The notes below the pieces were generated by a model, which was not told the origin of the DNA, did no database searches, and saw nothing but the letters and a program-made list of their open reading frames with translations. Source: Candidatus Poseidoniales archaeon (lineage in GTDB: Archaea; Thermoplasmatota; Poseidoniia; Poseidoniales; Poseidoniaceae). Taken from it: a stretch of DNA of 64,000 nucleotides. Location of the stretch: positions 17,577 to 81,576 of the forward strand of contig JAYNJV010000004.1 in assembly GCA_038110525.1 (NCBI GenBank), read 5' to 3'. Position numbers and translations under genes: made by a program. This document shows positions 42,138-51,611 of the stretch, in pieces. Each line of letters starts with the position of its first letter. Position 1 is the stretch's first letter.

Positions 42138-43064
42138 ATGACAATTTCAAAAGAATCAGGTGATACAGCACATTTGTACGATGGAAAAACCGTGCGTTCT
42201 TCAGCACCTTCAAGAAAGAAGTTGGCTGGTCAGGCTGGCGGTCTGGGAACCGACATTCCAGAGGATGCGATTCCAAAAGTCGAAATCCCTTCCTTTGTCG
42301 AGTCACTGCTCGGTGGACCACTTGTTCCAAAAATGAAATTTTTACCACCTGACAAAATGGTGCAGAACTTGCAAATTGCAGTGTATGGTGTTCTTGTTGC
42401 ATTAGCATTCTTGACCTACATGATTTCTCCTCCTGAGGGAACAATGTGGTATGTAATCGGCGGTTCACTTGTATTTGCAAACATTATGCAAATTCTCATT
42501 ATTGCTTCCGCTACAGTGTTTGGATTTATGGGTACACTGAAGCGAGATGCTAGATTTTCTCTTGCGAGTTATTTGCTTTTTATTCTCGCAATCCTTCGGT
42601 TTGCCTCCTCCAAAACATCACTTTCAAGTGACATTTTTAACTTGCAAGGAAATTCAACTATGCTCTCAGTCTTGGTTGTTGTTTACTCGGTCTTATTGAT
42701 CATGTACTTTGAATTGAGCAACGGTGTTTTCCGCTACTCAATGCTCGACACGAGCATTCGAACCAACGAAGTCTATGTGATGAATCCAAAGAAGATTGTT
42801 GGAAAATACCACCGTTCATTGATCATTAACCCGATTATCGGTACATTGCTTGCATGGTTTGTCCTATCTGCAAACAAAATCTTACCATTTTTCGTTGGGA
42901 TATTCTCATCCGACACAGCCACAAGAATGCGAGAGTCGGTTGAACTCACTTCGGTTTACGGAGTTGCATTGGGAACTTTGTTCGTCTTCATTGTCGTCGG
43001 CATCATGTTTGGCCTTAACCTACCAACCCACATTCAAAGAATGCGAGAAAACAGGGCTGATTAA
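42138..43064 (+). CDS. polytopic membrane protein, unknown function
   Basis: About 6 hydrophobic helices. GAGGTGA lies upstream of the ATG at 42138. Last gene of the MoxR cluster. Confidence 0.5.
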   Translation: MTISKESGDTAHLYDGKTVRSSAPSRKKLAGQAGGLGTDIPEDAIPKVEIPSFVESLLGGPLVPKMKFLPPDKMVQNLQIAVYGVLVALAFLTYMISPPEGTMWYVIGGSLVFANIMQILIIASATVFGFMGTLKRDARFSLASYLLFILAILRFASSKTSLSSDIFNLQGNSTMLSVLVVVYSVLLIMYFELSNGVFRYSMLDTSIRTNEVYVMNPKKIVGKYHRSLIINPIIGTLLAWFVLSANKILPFFVGIFSSDTATRMRESVELTSVYGVALGTLFVFIVVGIMFGLNLPTHIQRMRENRAD

Positions 43065-44374
43065 TTCGTTACTTGATCTTGAATGAGTTGATGAAGGCTC
43101 ATTAATACGCCTTGAATTTGAGATGAATTCGTTAGGAAATGCAACCCATGCTCAGTTGTAAATGTGTATTCTGCAATTTGGAATACTTTCTTTTCGTCTT
43201 CGATGACAAATGAATTCATTCCGTTTCCAATGAGTGTGATGAATGCAGAATATTCTTCAGACGTCATGGAGAATGAATATTGGTCAACCAATGATTGAAT
43301 TTTCGAAAGATGAGATGAAGAGGTGATGAAACTCACTGTTGATCCATGTACATCCAATCCAAATAATTGCATTTGACCATCTTGAATTTCCTTGACCAGT
43401 GTGATGGCGTTATTCATATTCATACCTTCATGGTGCACCGTAATCCGAGCAACATGTTGGACACAAGCAATACCTTTGATACCGTTGAACGAATGTATAT
43501 CAGGGCCAATAATGGTTGAAAATCTTGTTTTTGCATACGAGAAAACATTCCGGATTTCAAGCGGAATGCCGTGCCTCATCAATGGCTCAATCGAACCTGT
43601 ATGAAGAATAGGTGCGTCTCGACATGCAAATTCGAGTGCCTCACCGTAGCCCAGGTAGTGAAGAGGACGTGTAGAGATATTCCATCTTGGATTTAATGGG
43701 TAAAGACCGTCAACATCCTTCCACAAAACCACTCGTTCTGCATCGAGAACTACAGATAATGCAGAAGCAGTGTGGTCAGAACCACCACGACTCAACAAAG
43801 CAATGTTGTCTCCAGGACCCTTTCCAAACCATCCTGTGACAATTGGCAATCCAAACAACATATCATGTTGCAGACTTAATTTTGTTTTTTCGATATCAAC
43901 TTCAGTATGATTATTGATTGTTTTCAGGCAGACTCCGATATCTTCTGCACCGAGTGGATGAGAATCAAATCCAAAAGTTCGTAATTCGTTGGCAACGACA
44001 AGGGCAGACAATCGTTCTCCTGCTGCCAAGAGTCGATTGTATGCTATGTTGTCATCTGGATACTGTGAAAGCGAGGAGAGAGAGTCTTCCATGCCAGATA
44101 GAACTTTGTGGTATTTTTCGGCAAATTCAGAAGTCTCAATGGTTGGTGAAAATCGTTTGTGTTGGGAATGTAAATCACTGACAAGACGGCCAGCGTATCT
44201 TGGTTCGTTTGCAGCACGAATCAATCGGTCGGTTGTTCCCCATAATGCTGAAACAACAATGATATTGCGCGATTGATGTTCAAGTTCTAAGACTCCTGCA
44301 ATTTTGATGATATCTGAAGCATCTCTCAAACAAGAGCCTCCAAATTTATGAATAACAATTGGTTGTTCATTCAT
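43061..44374 (-). CDS. aspartate kinase family protein
   Basis: Amino-acid-kinase N-terminus IVIHKFGGSCLRD, and LLSRGGSDHTASAL. The C-terminal region is compatible with ACT domains. Start at 44374 abuts the aroC stop codon. Confidence 0.7.
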   Translation of the reverse strand: MNEQPIVIHKFGGSCLRDASDIIKIAGVLELEHQSRNIIVVSALWGTTDRLIRAANEPRYAGRLVSDLHSQHKRFSPTIETSEFAEKYHKVLSGMEDSLSSLSQYPDDNIAYNRLLAAGERLSALVVANELRTFGFDSHPLGAEDIGVCLKTINNHTEVDIEKTKLSLQHDMLFGLPIVTGWFGKGPGDNIALLSRGGSDHTASALSVVLDAERVVLWKDVDGLYPLNPRWNISTRPLHYLGYGEALEFACRDAPILHTGSIEPLMRHGIPLEIRNVFSYAKTRFSTIIGPDIHSFNGIKGIACVQHVARITVHHEGMNMNNAITLVKEIQDGQMQLFGLDVHGSTVSFITSSSHLSKIQSLVDQYSFSMTSEEYSAFITLIGNGMNSFVIEDEKKVFQIAEYTFTTEHGLHFLTNSSQIQGVLMSLHQLIQDQVTN

Positions 44375-45453
44375 AGAAATCCACCTCGAAGGCACAGGTC
44401 ATACAACACAATCTTGCACATTGCTTCCACCACAGGAGCTGCTCTCGGGCCAAGAACTGGGTCATGACGACCTCGAACTACCAATTTTTCGACTTGATTT
44501 GTTTCCAAATTTAGAGTGGTTTGTGGCTTTGCAATGCTTGAGGGTGGTTTGAAAGCGATTCTCATGTGGAGGTCTGACCCGGTTGACATTCCAGCGAGGC
44601 CGCCGTCGGGTTTGGAGCCAGTTTGATGAGGAGATTGAGATGTTCCACCCCATGGTGAATTGTGTTCTGAACCATGCATGCCGACCACATCAAAACCATG
44701 TCCAAATTCTACGCCTCGGACAGCTGGGATGGCAAAGAGTGCACGAGACATTGCTGGTTCAATTCCATCAAACCAAGGCTCACCAACTCCGATAGGAAGT
44801 CCTTGTATCATAGCACGGACACACGAACCGATGGAATCTCTCTCCTTTCGAGTTTTTTGAATAAGTTCTGCCATTTGTTTTGCTGCATCGGGGTCTCTGC
44901 ATCTCAGTTGTTCGCAAACTTCCGATGCCCATTGGGGCGGGCAAAGATTCATCGGTTTTGCTTGGACTTGCCCAATATCACTGACGTGGGCCTCAACAGA
45001 AATTCCGATTGAATTGAGAAGTGGTGTGACCAAGGCTGCGGCAGCAACGAGAGGTGCTGTCATTCTTGCACTCGAAGTTCCTCCTCCGCGAAGGTCAGCC
45101 TCACCTTTTGATTTGATATGCATCACCATATCCTGGTGACCAGGTCTCGGATGATTTGGTAGGAAATCATAATCTGAACTTCGGACATCGTTGTTTGGAA
45201 TAATGCAACGAATCTCGTTTCCAACAACGACACCGTCTTTGATGCCACTCTCCCAAGTCACCACATCGTCTTCTCTTCGTTTGCTTGCGAATGGGCCACC
45301 TGGTTTACGTTGGTTCATCGCTGTTTGAATCATATCGGTCTCAATTTTTGTTCCAATGGGCAAGCCTTCGATTGTTGCTCCGACAAATGGGCCGTGGCTC
45401 GAGCCTAACAAGGTGACTCGAAACACTTCCCCTATGGTCATCATGTTGGTCAA
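44371..45453 (-). CDS. aroC: chorismate synthase
   Basis: FRVTLLGSSHGPFVGATIEGLPIG, RPGHQD, GGGTSSARMTA, VRGRHDPV blocks. Confidence 0.9.
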   Translation of the reverse strand: MTNMMTIGEVFRVTLLGSSHGPFVGATIEGLPIGTKIETDMIQTAMNQRKPGGPFASKRREDDVVTWESGIKDGVVVGNEIRCIIPNNDVRSSDYDFLPNHPRPGHQDMVMHIKSKGEADLRGGGTSSARMTAPLVAAAALVTPLLNSIGISVEAHVSDIGQVQAKPMNLCPPQWASEVCEQLRCRDPDAAKQMAELIQKTRKERDSIGSCVRAMIQGLPIGVGEPWFDGIEPAMSRALFAIPAVRGVEFGHGFDVVGMHGSEHNSPWGGTSQSPHQTGSKPDGGLAGMSTGSDLHMRIAFKPPSSIAKPQTTLNLETNQVEKLVVRGRHDPVLGPRAAPVVEAMCKIVLYDLCLRGGFL

Positions 45454-45487
45454 GCAAACCTACTTGTCGTACCTTCAAGAAGGTATG

Positions 45488-46375
45488 TCATTCGTCTTCA
45501 ACAACAGATTTCCCAACGAGCGAACATTCGATAACCTCCGCATTCGGATATTTTTCAATGTACCATTCTTTTAATCTCTCTTTCATGACCTCATTTGAAC
45601 TAGGCACGACAATGACGATTGCGGTTCCAGAACCAGTAATTCCTGAAGCCCTTGCGCCATTGACAAATGCTTCATTTGCCATTTTTCTTCCTTCAACATC
45701 TCTCAAAACCGCAGCGATTCCTCGTCCATTCCATGTAAGTGATACCCAAGGATTGTTGCTTTGGAGGGCGGTGAGTGCTTGTTCAAACGGCTGCGCAGCC
45801 ACCTGAAAATCTTCTAATTTGGGTCGAATTTTTCTCGGTCCACGTAAGACCAGTAAAATAACCCACTCATTAGGGTTCAAATCACCATAATCCAACAATA
45901 TGCCGTCTTTGATGTCAGCCTGAGTGTCAACAAGTTTCCATCCTGATGTAGAACATGCCCAAGCATCATCCACTGAACCGGTCAAAGAGATGCCAGATGC
46001 AGTGTGAGCCTTGACGGTTAAATCCACAACTTCTTCTTCACTTAGAGATATTGAAATTGAATCGGCGAGGGCACGAAATGCAGCAACACAAAGCGCTGAT
46101 GAGGATTTTAGCCCTTGAGATATTGGAATTTTTGAGGCGACAGACCAATGAATGTCGTGTCTATCTTCTACGGGTAAAGTGCGTCCATCCTCAATCCATG
46201 TATCGAGTACATGCTCAAGCAGTTTACTTTCATCTTCGGATTCCTTTTTCTTTGATCGATCAAGTACCCGAACCGCAATTGGGAGATTCAAACCGATACT
46301 TGCACCATAACCAAATGCAGCGGCATGAAGCAAACTACAGGCTCCATGAGCACGTCCTTCACCAAGCACAGCCAT
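45488..46375 (-). CDS. archaeal shikimate kinase (GHMP-kinase type)
   Basis: GHMP motif PISQGLKSSSALCVA. About 290 aa. Sits between aroC and aroB' as in archaeal aro clusters. Confidence 0.7.
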   Translation of the reverse strand: MAVLGEGRAHGACSLLHAAAFGYGASIGLNLPIAVRVLDRSKKKESEDESKLLEHVLDTWIEDGRTLPVEDRHDIHWSVASKIPISQGLKSSSALCVAAFRALADSISISLSEEEVVDLTVKAHTASGISLTGSVDDAWACSTSGWKLVDTQADIKDGILLDYGDLNPNEWVILLVLRGPRKIRPKLEDFQVAAQPFEQALTALQSNNPWVSLTWNGRGIAAVLRDVEGRKMANEAFVNGARASGITGSGTAIVIVVPSSNEVMKERLKEWYIEKYPNAEVIECSLVGKSVVEDE

Positions 46376-46378
46376 CGT

Positions 46379-47398
46379 TTACTTCTCCTCAACATCACTT
46401 AGGACAATATTGCCGATGTGGGTTCCATGTTGAGAAGTTTTTCCTAACACTTTGTCGGTTATTTTTAGATGCGTTGCTGAAATTGGATTTCCATCATTGG
46501 CGAAGAGCCTCACTGTTTCTGCTTGCTGAATGAAGATGTGGCCTTCATTATTCTTTCCATCATGAAATTTGATGTGCAACAGTGGTCGGCGTTCAATTTT
46601 GATGCGTCCAATCGTACCCGGTCTTGTATGGCCATTTGTTACTGCAATCGCAACGATGTCACCTGATACCAATTCTGAAAGATATTTCATTGACCCATCA
46701 AACATGTGAATATACGAATGTGGAGATCCTGCATTGACTCGGAAAGGGCGAGAGGGAACGAAGTCTGAGGGTGCTGTTTCTGCTTTGATGAGAAGCATTG
46801 ATTTTACACTTGAACCGATGAACACACCTTCATTGTGGGCAAAAAGGGTTGTAAAATCTAAACAATAACGTTCTCCTACTCCTCCTGATTCTACCGATTT
46901 CAAAGAAAAATCTTTGATGTGAATGTTTTGATTTATTTCTTCTTCTAATTTCAAACTATCATCATGTTCAGATCGAATAGATTTTGCAATTAATGCAGCC
47001 TCAATTAATTCATTGAAAGGAGCCACAATTAGGGCATCGACACCGGTTTGAAGGGCAAACGCAGCACCATTTGCCTGTTGTGGTTGGTCAATAAAAGCGG
47101 CAATTTTTGTGTGGGAATGTTGGCAGGCTGCAACTAAATTTTCAAATGGAATCATCGTCCAATCTTCCCCAGAGAGCAATATCCAATCGACGAGTCCAAC
47201 AAATGACAATGCCTTGTCCTGTTCTTGTTTTGAGGTGATATGAACGAGAACTCCTTGTTCATCTGTTGATAATTCGACATGTCCGTTGCGAACATAGACT
47301 GTTGATTGGTTGTATGATGCGTCCTTGGCAACAACTCTGTTGATACCATTCGGGATCTCAACAGAATCATGGTTTCGCAGGTCGAGCCAAATTTCCAC
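46379..47398 (-). CDS. 3-dehydroquinate synthase type II (archaeal AroB')
   Basis: About 340 aa, immediately downstream of the DhnA-type aldolase homolog. General resemblance to the MJ1249 family from memory. The call rests mainly on context. Confidence 0.65.
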   Translation of the reverse strand: MEIWLDLRNHDSVEIPNGINRVVAKDASYNQSTVYVRNGHVELSTDEQGVLVHITSKQEQDKALSFVGLVDWILLSGEDWTMIPFENLVAACQHSHTKIAAFIDQPQQANGAAFALQTGVDALIVAPFNELIEAALIAKSIRSEHDDSLKLEEEINQNIHIKDFSLKSVESGGVGERYCLDFTTLFAHNEGVFIGSSVKSMLLIKAETAPSDFVPSRPFRVNAGSPHSYIHMFDGSMKYLSELVSGDIVAIAVTNGHTRPGTIGRIKIERRPLLHIKFHDGKNNEGHIFIQQAETVRLFANDGNPISATHLKITDKVLGKTSQHGTHIGNIVLSDVEEK

Positions 47399-47409
47399 TC
47401 TACGACACC

Positions 47410-48240
47410 TCAGGATAAAAATGCAGCAGCATCTGAGGCACTCACACCTTCATGAACGATTGACATAATGGCAGTTGCCATTTTTTGAGGGTTTGGATGT
47501 GAGAATATTTGCCTTCCCATACATACTCCAGCGGCCCCTCTTGCCATCGCGAGTTCCACCATTTGAAGGACTTCGATGTCTGATTGCCCACGTGGCCCTC
47601 CAGCGATGAGGACCGGAATTGGTGCAGCATTGACGATTTGAGAAAATGAATGCTCTTCTTCATACCATGGTGATTTTGCAACTTGACAACCGAGTTCAAA
47701 AGCAAGGCGAACTGCATGTGCTTGTCCTTTGGTTGAATCTTCAGCTTTGAGATTCAAATGTTCTCCTCTGGCGTAAACCATGCCGAGAACTGGAATATTT
47801 AGGTCAAATGCTTCGGATGTAATTTTTCCCATGGATTCAATCATGTGTGCTTCTCCATCGCTCCCCATATTGATTTGACAGGATACTCCCTCAGCCCCTC
47901 TTTCTATAGATTCACGAACAGTGCCTACAAGGACTTTTTTTGATGCATCTTTTCCACCATGGACAGTTGAGACGGAGAGATGTGAAATCATCGATGTTGT
48001 TGTTCCATGGCAAAGATTCGAAAACGCTGACACGACGCCTTTCTGAGCGATGATCGCATTCACCCCCGCATCGATGAGGGCCCGAATTGTACGCTCGATT
48101 TGAACGAGGCCATCGAGTGGAAAATCGGATGCACCATGGTCGATTGGTACCCAAACCCCTTTACCATTTGGAAGGAGTTTTTGCATCTTTGATTCAATGC
48201 TTTCCGCCTTCATGCTGATGCTAACCATCATGTTCATCAA
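47410..48240 (-). CDS. 2-amino-3,7-dideoxy-D-threo-hept-6-ulosonate synthase (AroA', class I aldolase DhnA family)
   Basis: GKGVWVPIDHG start and DhnA-type TIM-barrel blocks (Schiff-base Lys region LGCQVAKSPW, IAGGP). First gene of the aro operon. Confidence 0.7.
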   Translation of the reverse strand: MMNMMVSISMKAESIESKMQKLLPNGKGVWVPIDHGASDFPLDGLVQIERTIRALIDAGVNAIIAQKGVVSAFSNLCHGTTTSMISHLSVSTVHGGKDASKKVLVGTVRESIERGAEGVSCQINMGSDGEAHMIESMGKITSEAFDLNIPVLGMVYARGEHLNLKAEDSTKGQAHAVRLAFELGCQVAKSPWYEEEHSFSQIVNAAPIPVLIAGGPRGQSDIEVLQMVELAMARGAAGVCMGRQIFSHPNPQKMATAIMSIVHEGVSASDAAAFLS

Positions 48241-48322
48241 AAGTTTGTGTATTCAATCCATGAACAAAATACCATCAAAATGTAGCAATTCATTGAACTA
48301 CTAGTTCGTTCACAGGTCTTCC

Positions 48323-50383
48323 ATGGCGATTGAAACGATTGCCCTTACTGTCGGCCTCGGAGGAGGGTTTGCCCTTGGTGTGTTGTTCATCATCGTTCGC
48401 AGGGGAGCACAAATTAACCCTCAAAGTGGGCTCTCTGCAGAAGGAATCCTCACAGAATCTCAATCCGTAGGATTTGGTAAGGCAAAACAAAATTTCGACA
48501 ACAAAATTGCAGCACTCGAAGACATCCGTCGAAGACGTAGTCGAATAGACCAAATTTTTTCAGAAGAAGAATACGAGATCAAGCGACAGCAAGACCTCGT
48601 AGATCAACGAGCGGACCTACGTAAGCGGGAAGAAGAGGAACGATTGGCTCTTGAAGAAGCCGAACGTCGCAGGTTGGAAGAAGAAGCGGAAGCAGAGCGT
48701 CGCAGGCAAGAGCGAGAAGCGGAAGAAGCAAAACTTGCTGAGGAAAGGCGAAATGAAGAAGAGAGATTGCTTGAACAGCAACGCCTTGAAGAGCAACAGC
48801 GACTGGAGGAAGCCGAGCGTCTGAGACTTGAAGAAGAAGCAAGACTTGCTGAAGAAAGGGAACGAGAACGCCAAGCGGCGCTTGCAGCAGCTGAAGCGGA
48901 ACGCCTCGCTGAGATTGAAGCAGCAAGAGAAGCAGCAGCGTTAGAATCACGCCGAGCCGCAGAGCAAGCGATGTCTGAATTGCAAGCACGATTAGCACGA
49001 GAAGGTGCACGATCTTCCGATGTTCAAATATCGCTCATGTGGAATAATTACAACGACCTCGATCTTCACGTTGTATGTCCTTCTGGGGAACGAATCCATG
49101 GTGGAAATAAAATTTCACAATGTGAAGGTGAACTCGACGTCGATGCAAACGTCCGTGGTGAAACCCGAAAGCCTGTTGAGAACGTCGTATGGCCAGAAGG
49201 TAAAGCTCCAGCGGGCAAATACCAAGTCTATGTTCATCACTACAAAAAGCACGACAAGAGAAGAAGCAAAGACCCAACAAAATTCCAGGTCATTGTCAAC
49301 GGTGGTGGCGACCTTCAGGAATTTAACGGCGAACTTTCTTCTGGAGACCCAATCATGTTGGTTGCTGAATTTGATCTTGAGGCACCAGAAATTCGTGAGC
49401 AGAGAAAGAAAGCAATTGAAGCCGAACTTCGAAGGGCACAAGGACTGGAACCACTCGAAGAGGTTGACACATCGATTTTGGAACCCCAGCAACCACAGGT
49501 CGTTGACCTTGCAGAATCCGCAAGTTTGGAACGAGAATCACTTGATGAACAAGCTCAACGAGAAGAAGCAGAAGTCGCTGCTCTCCATCAACAACGCATG
49601 GATGAGCACTTGATGCGACAAGAAGAGGAATTATCCGAACATGTGGCAAATCAAAAGGTCATGAGTGAACTTGAACAAAGACTCAAGCGAGAAGGGGCAA
49701 AATCTTCAGATGTCCAAATTTCATTGATGTGGAATAATTACAACGACCTAGATTTACATGTTCTTTGTCCATCTGGAGAGAGAATTCACAATGGAAATAG
49801 GAACTCCTCCTGCGGTGGCCAGTTGGATGTTGACGCAAATGAAAAGGCCGAATCGAGAAAACCAGTTGAAAACATCTTCTGGGAAGAAGGGAAAGCACCT
49901 GCCGGCAAGTATCAAGTGTTTGTCCATTATTACAAAAAGCACAAGAAGCGACGTAGTAAAGACCCTACATCTTTCCAAGTGATCGCTCAATTTGCAGGAG
50001 AGTCCTACGAATACTCGGGAGAATTGACATTTGGAGACCCATTATTGAAGGTGTGCGAATTCATTCTCGAATCCGAAGATGAACGACGCCAAAAAATGAA
50101 TCAAATCCAAAGTGAAATCGAAACATTACGAGATGGCCAGTCTGGTGAATCCATGGAGGAGACTTACGAAGAAGAATCCATGGAGGAGACTTACGAAGAC
50201 GACATCGAGATTCCATCTGCACCAGACCTCGATGAAGAAGGAGTTGAAGAAATTCAATTGCCACCAGCTCCTGATTTGGATGGTCAAACCGATGATGATT
50301 TTGAAGCGGATGATTTCACAGGAATGGATGAAAACGATGGAATCCCACCAGCTCCAGAACTTGACGAAGAATCAAGAGAGTAA
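48323..50383 (+). CDS. membrane-anchored coiled-coil protein with two tandem DLDLHV-type (DUF2135/YfaP-like) domains and an acidic motif-bearing tail
   Basis: N-terminal TM (IALTVGLGGGFALGVLFIIV), ~150-aa E/R/A-rich coiled coil, two ~120-aa repeats (SSDVQISLMWNNYNDLDLHV...PVENV.W...APAGKYQV.VH.YKKH), and a C-terminal tail with 3x [IL]P[SP]AP[DE]LD. Confidence 0.55.
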   Translation: MAIETIALTVGLGGGFALGVLFIIVRRGAQINPQSGLSAEGILTESQSVGFGKAKQNFDNKIAALEDIRRRRSRIDQIFSEEEYEIKRQQDLVDQRADLRKREEEERLALEEAERRRLEEEAEAERRRQEREAEEAKLAEERRNEEERLLEQQRLEEQQRLEEAERLRLEEEARLAEERERERQAALAAAEAERLAEIEAAREAAALESRRAAEQAMSELQARLAREGARSSDVQISLMWNNYNDLDLHVVCPSGERIHGGNKISQCEGELDVDANVRGETRKPVENVVWPEGKAPAGKYQVYVHHYKKHDKRRSKDPTKFQVIVNGGGDLQEFNGELSSGDPIMLVAEFDLEAPEIREQRKKAIEAELRRAQGLEPLEEVDTSILEPQQPQVVDLAESASLERESLDEQAQREEAEVAALHQQRMDEHLMRQEEELSEHVANQKVMSELEQRLKREGAKSSDVQISLMWNNYNDLDLHVLCPSGERIHNGNRNSSCGGQLDVDANEKAESRKPVENIFWEEGKAPAGKYQVFVHYYKKHKKRRSKDPTSFQVIAQFAGESYEYSGELTFGDPLLKVCEFILESEDERRQKMNQIQSEIETLRDGQSGESMEETYEEESMEETYEDDIEIPSAPDLDEEGVEEIQLPPAPDLDGQTDDDFEADDFTGMDENDGIPPAPELDEESRE
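49013..49380 (+). repeat. internal domain repeat, copy 1
   Basis: Encodes SSDVQISLMWNNYNDLDLHVVCPSGERIHGGNK...VAEFDLE. Shares a 23-nt identical core (atgtggaataattacaacgacct) with copy 2. Confidence 0.85.
49703..50070 (+). repeat. internal domain repeat, copy 2
   Basis: Encodes SSDVQISLMWNNYNDLDLHVLCPSGERIHNGNR...VCEFILE, 690 nt downstream of copy 1. Confidence 0.85.
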
Positions 50384-51484
50384 ATCGTTTAATCGATTTT
50401 GAGCAATTGCATGCTTGATTGAGCGTGCAATTCTTCGTCCAGTTGACATGAATTCTTCGTTGATATCAGAATAAGGTGAGCCACCAATAAAGGGATTTGA
50501 GCCTGCGACAATTCTTGCGCTGATTTCAAACACCTTGAACTCAAGTTTGTCCGTGACGATCGTTTCCAAGCAAAATGGACCCAACATACCTTTGCCATCA
50601 TCTTCGAGGTTGAAAGAAGCTGCAACTGTTCCCTCTGCCATTTCAAAGGCTCTAGGGAGCAATGATTCTCGGATGACAACTGGTTGATTACCAGTCACAA
50701 CAAATGAAGGTTCAAGATTCATTTCACGCAAATCACGTAATGATCCAAGTTTGTAGAATTCATCGACATTGCTCTCGTCTCTTCTATCCATCGACATCAG
50801 TTCTAATTTTCCGAGGTTTTTTCCTGCTAAGTTACCCGTTCCTCTAACTTGATATCCGTCGGTGCTAATTGGGTCGAAAAAGAAGTGAAGATAATACCTG
50901 CAACCTAAAACATACTCTTGGATGGTGAACTCTTCTTCAATGTCGACATTTCTTCTGAAATCACGATAGTCTCTCGCAATGAAGTATCCTCTGCCACCTT
51001 TTGCTCCTGCGTATTTAACGATAACAGGCCCATCGATGTTGTGAGGGTCTTCGACGATTCTTGGCATGGTGCAACCGCCCTCTTCCAACCATTCTCGTTG
51101 AAGGGCACGGCTGCTTTCCCATCTCAAAATGCCTCGATTGCCATAAGTTGGGACTTGCAATGTTCTATAATTGCTCGCACCAAGATATTCGACAAGGGAA
51201 CCATGAGGGATAATGATGACATTTCTTTGACGGAACCAATCGGCATGGTCAAGCATTTCCCTGTAATCCTCCAACATCAACCATTCATCTGGTTCTGCAC
51301 CGGGAAAGGCCTTGTAGAACCGTCTTCGGTTTTCTCCAACAGCAATGCCTAAGGTACGGAACCCTTCCATTTTTGCTCCATGAAGGATTTGAAGTGATGA
51401 ATGCGAGGCTACGACCCCTATGGTAATGTTTTCATGGTCGTAGTTTTCTAACCAACCGCGCAGGGTACCTGCATCTACGCCCAT
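50372..51484 (-). CDS. purP: 5-formaminoimidazole-4-carboxamide ribonucleotide synthetase (archaeal PurP, ATP-grasp)
   Basis: ITIGVVASHSSLQILHGAKMEGFRT N-terminus typical of PurP. ATP-grasp body. 370 aa. Confidence 0.85.
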   Translation of the reverse strand: MGVDAGTLRGWLENYDHENITIGVVASHSSLQILHGAKMEGFRTLGIAVGENRRRFYKAFPGAEPDEWLMLEDYREMLDHADWFRQRNVIIIPHGSLVEYLGASNYRTLQVPTYGNRGILRWESSRALQREWLEEGGCTMPRIVEDPHNIDGPVIVKYAGAKGGRGYFIARDYRDFRRNVDIEEEFTIQEYVLGCRYYLHFFFDPISTDGYQVRGTGNLAGKNLGKLELMSMDRRDESNVDEFYKLGSLRDLREMNLEPSFVVTGNQPVVIRESLLPRAFEMAEGTVAASFNLEDDGKGMLGPFCLETIVTDKLEFKVFEISARIVAGSNPFIGGSPYSDINEEFMSTGRRIARSIKHAIAQNRLNDLLS

Positions 51485-51611
51485 ATCGACCGGTTTTGTA
51501 CGCGCTCTATGAGTGTTGTGTCATGAGTTCCTATTGGGGCAATGTTCCGAAGCGAAAAATGGTAGGTGTCCTTCGGCAAAGGTTCAAAGTCCGTATGTTG
51601 AACCTTCACCT

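Noticed and set aside
48579-49010. Minus-strand 143-aa and 85-aa Leu-rich ORFs
   Set aside because: They are antisense to the GAA/GAG/CGN-rich coiled-coil region of 48323..50383, a compositional artefact.
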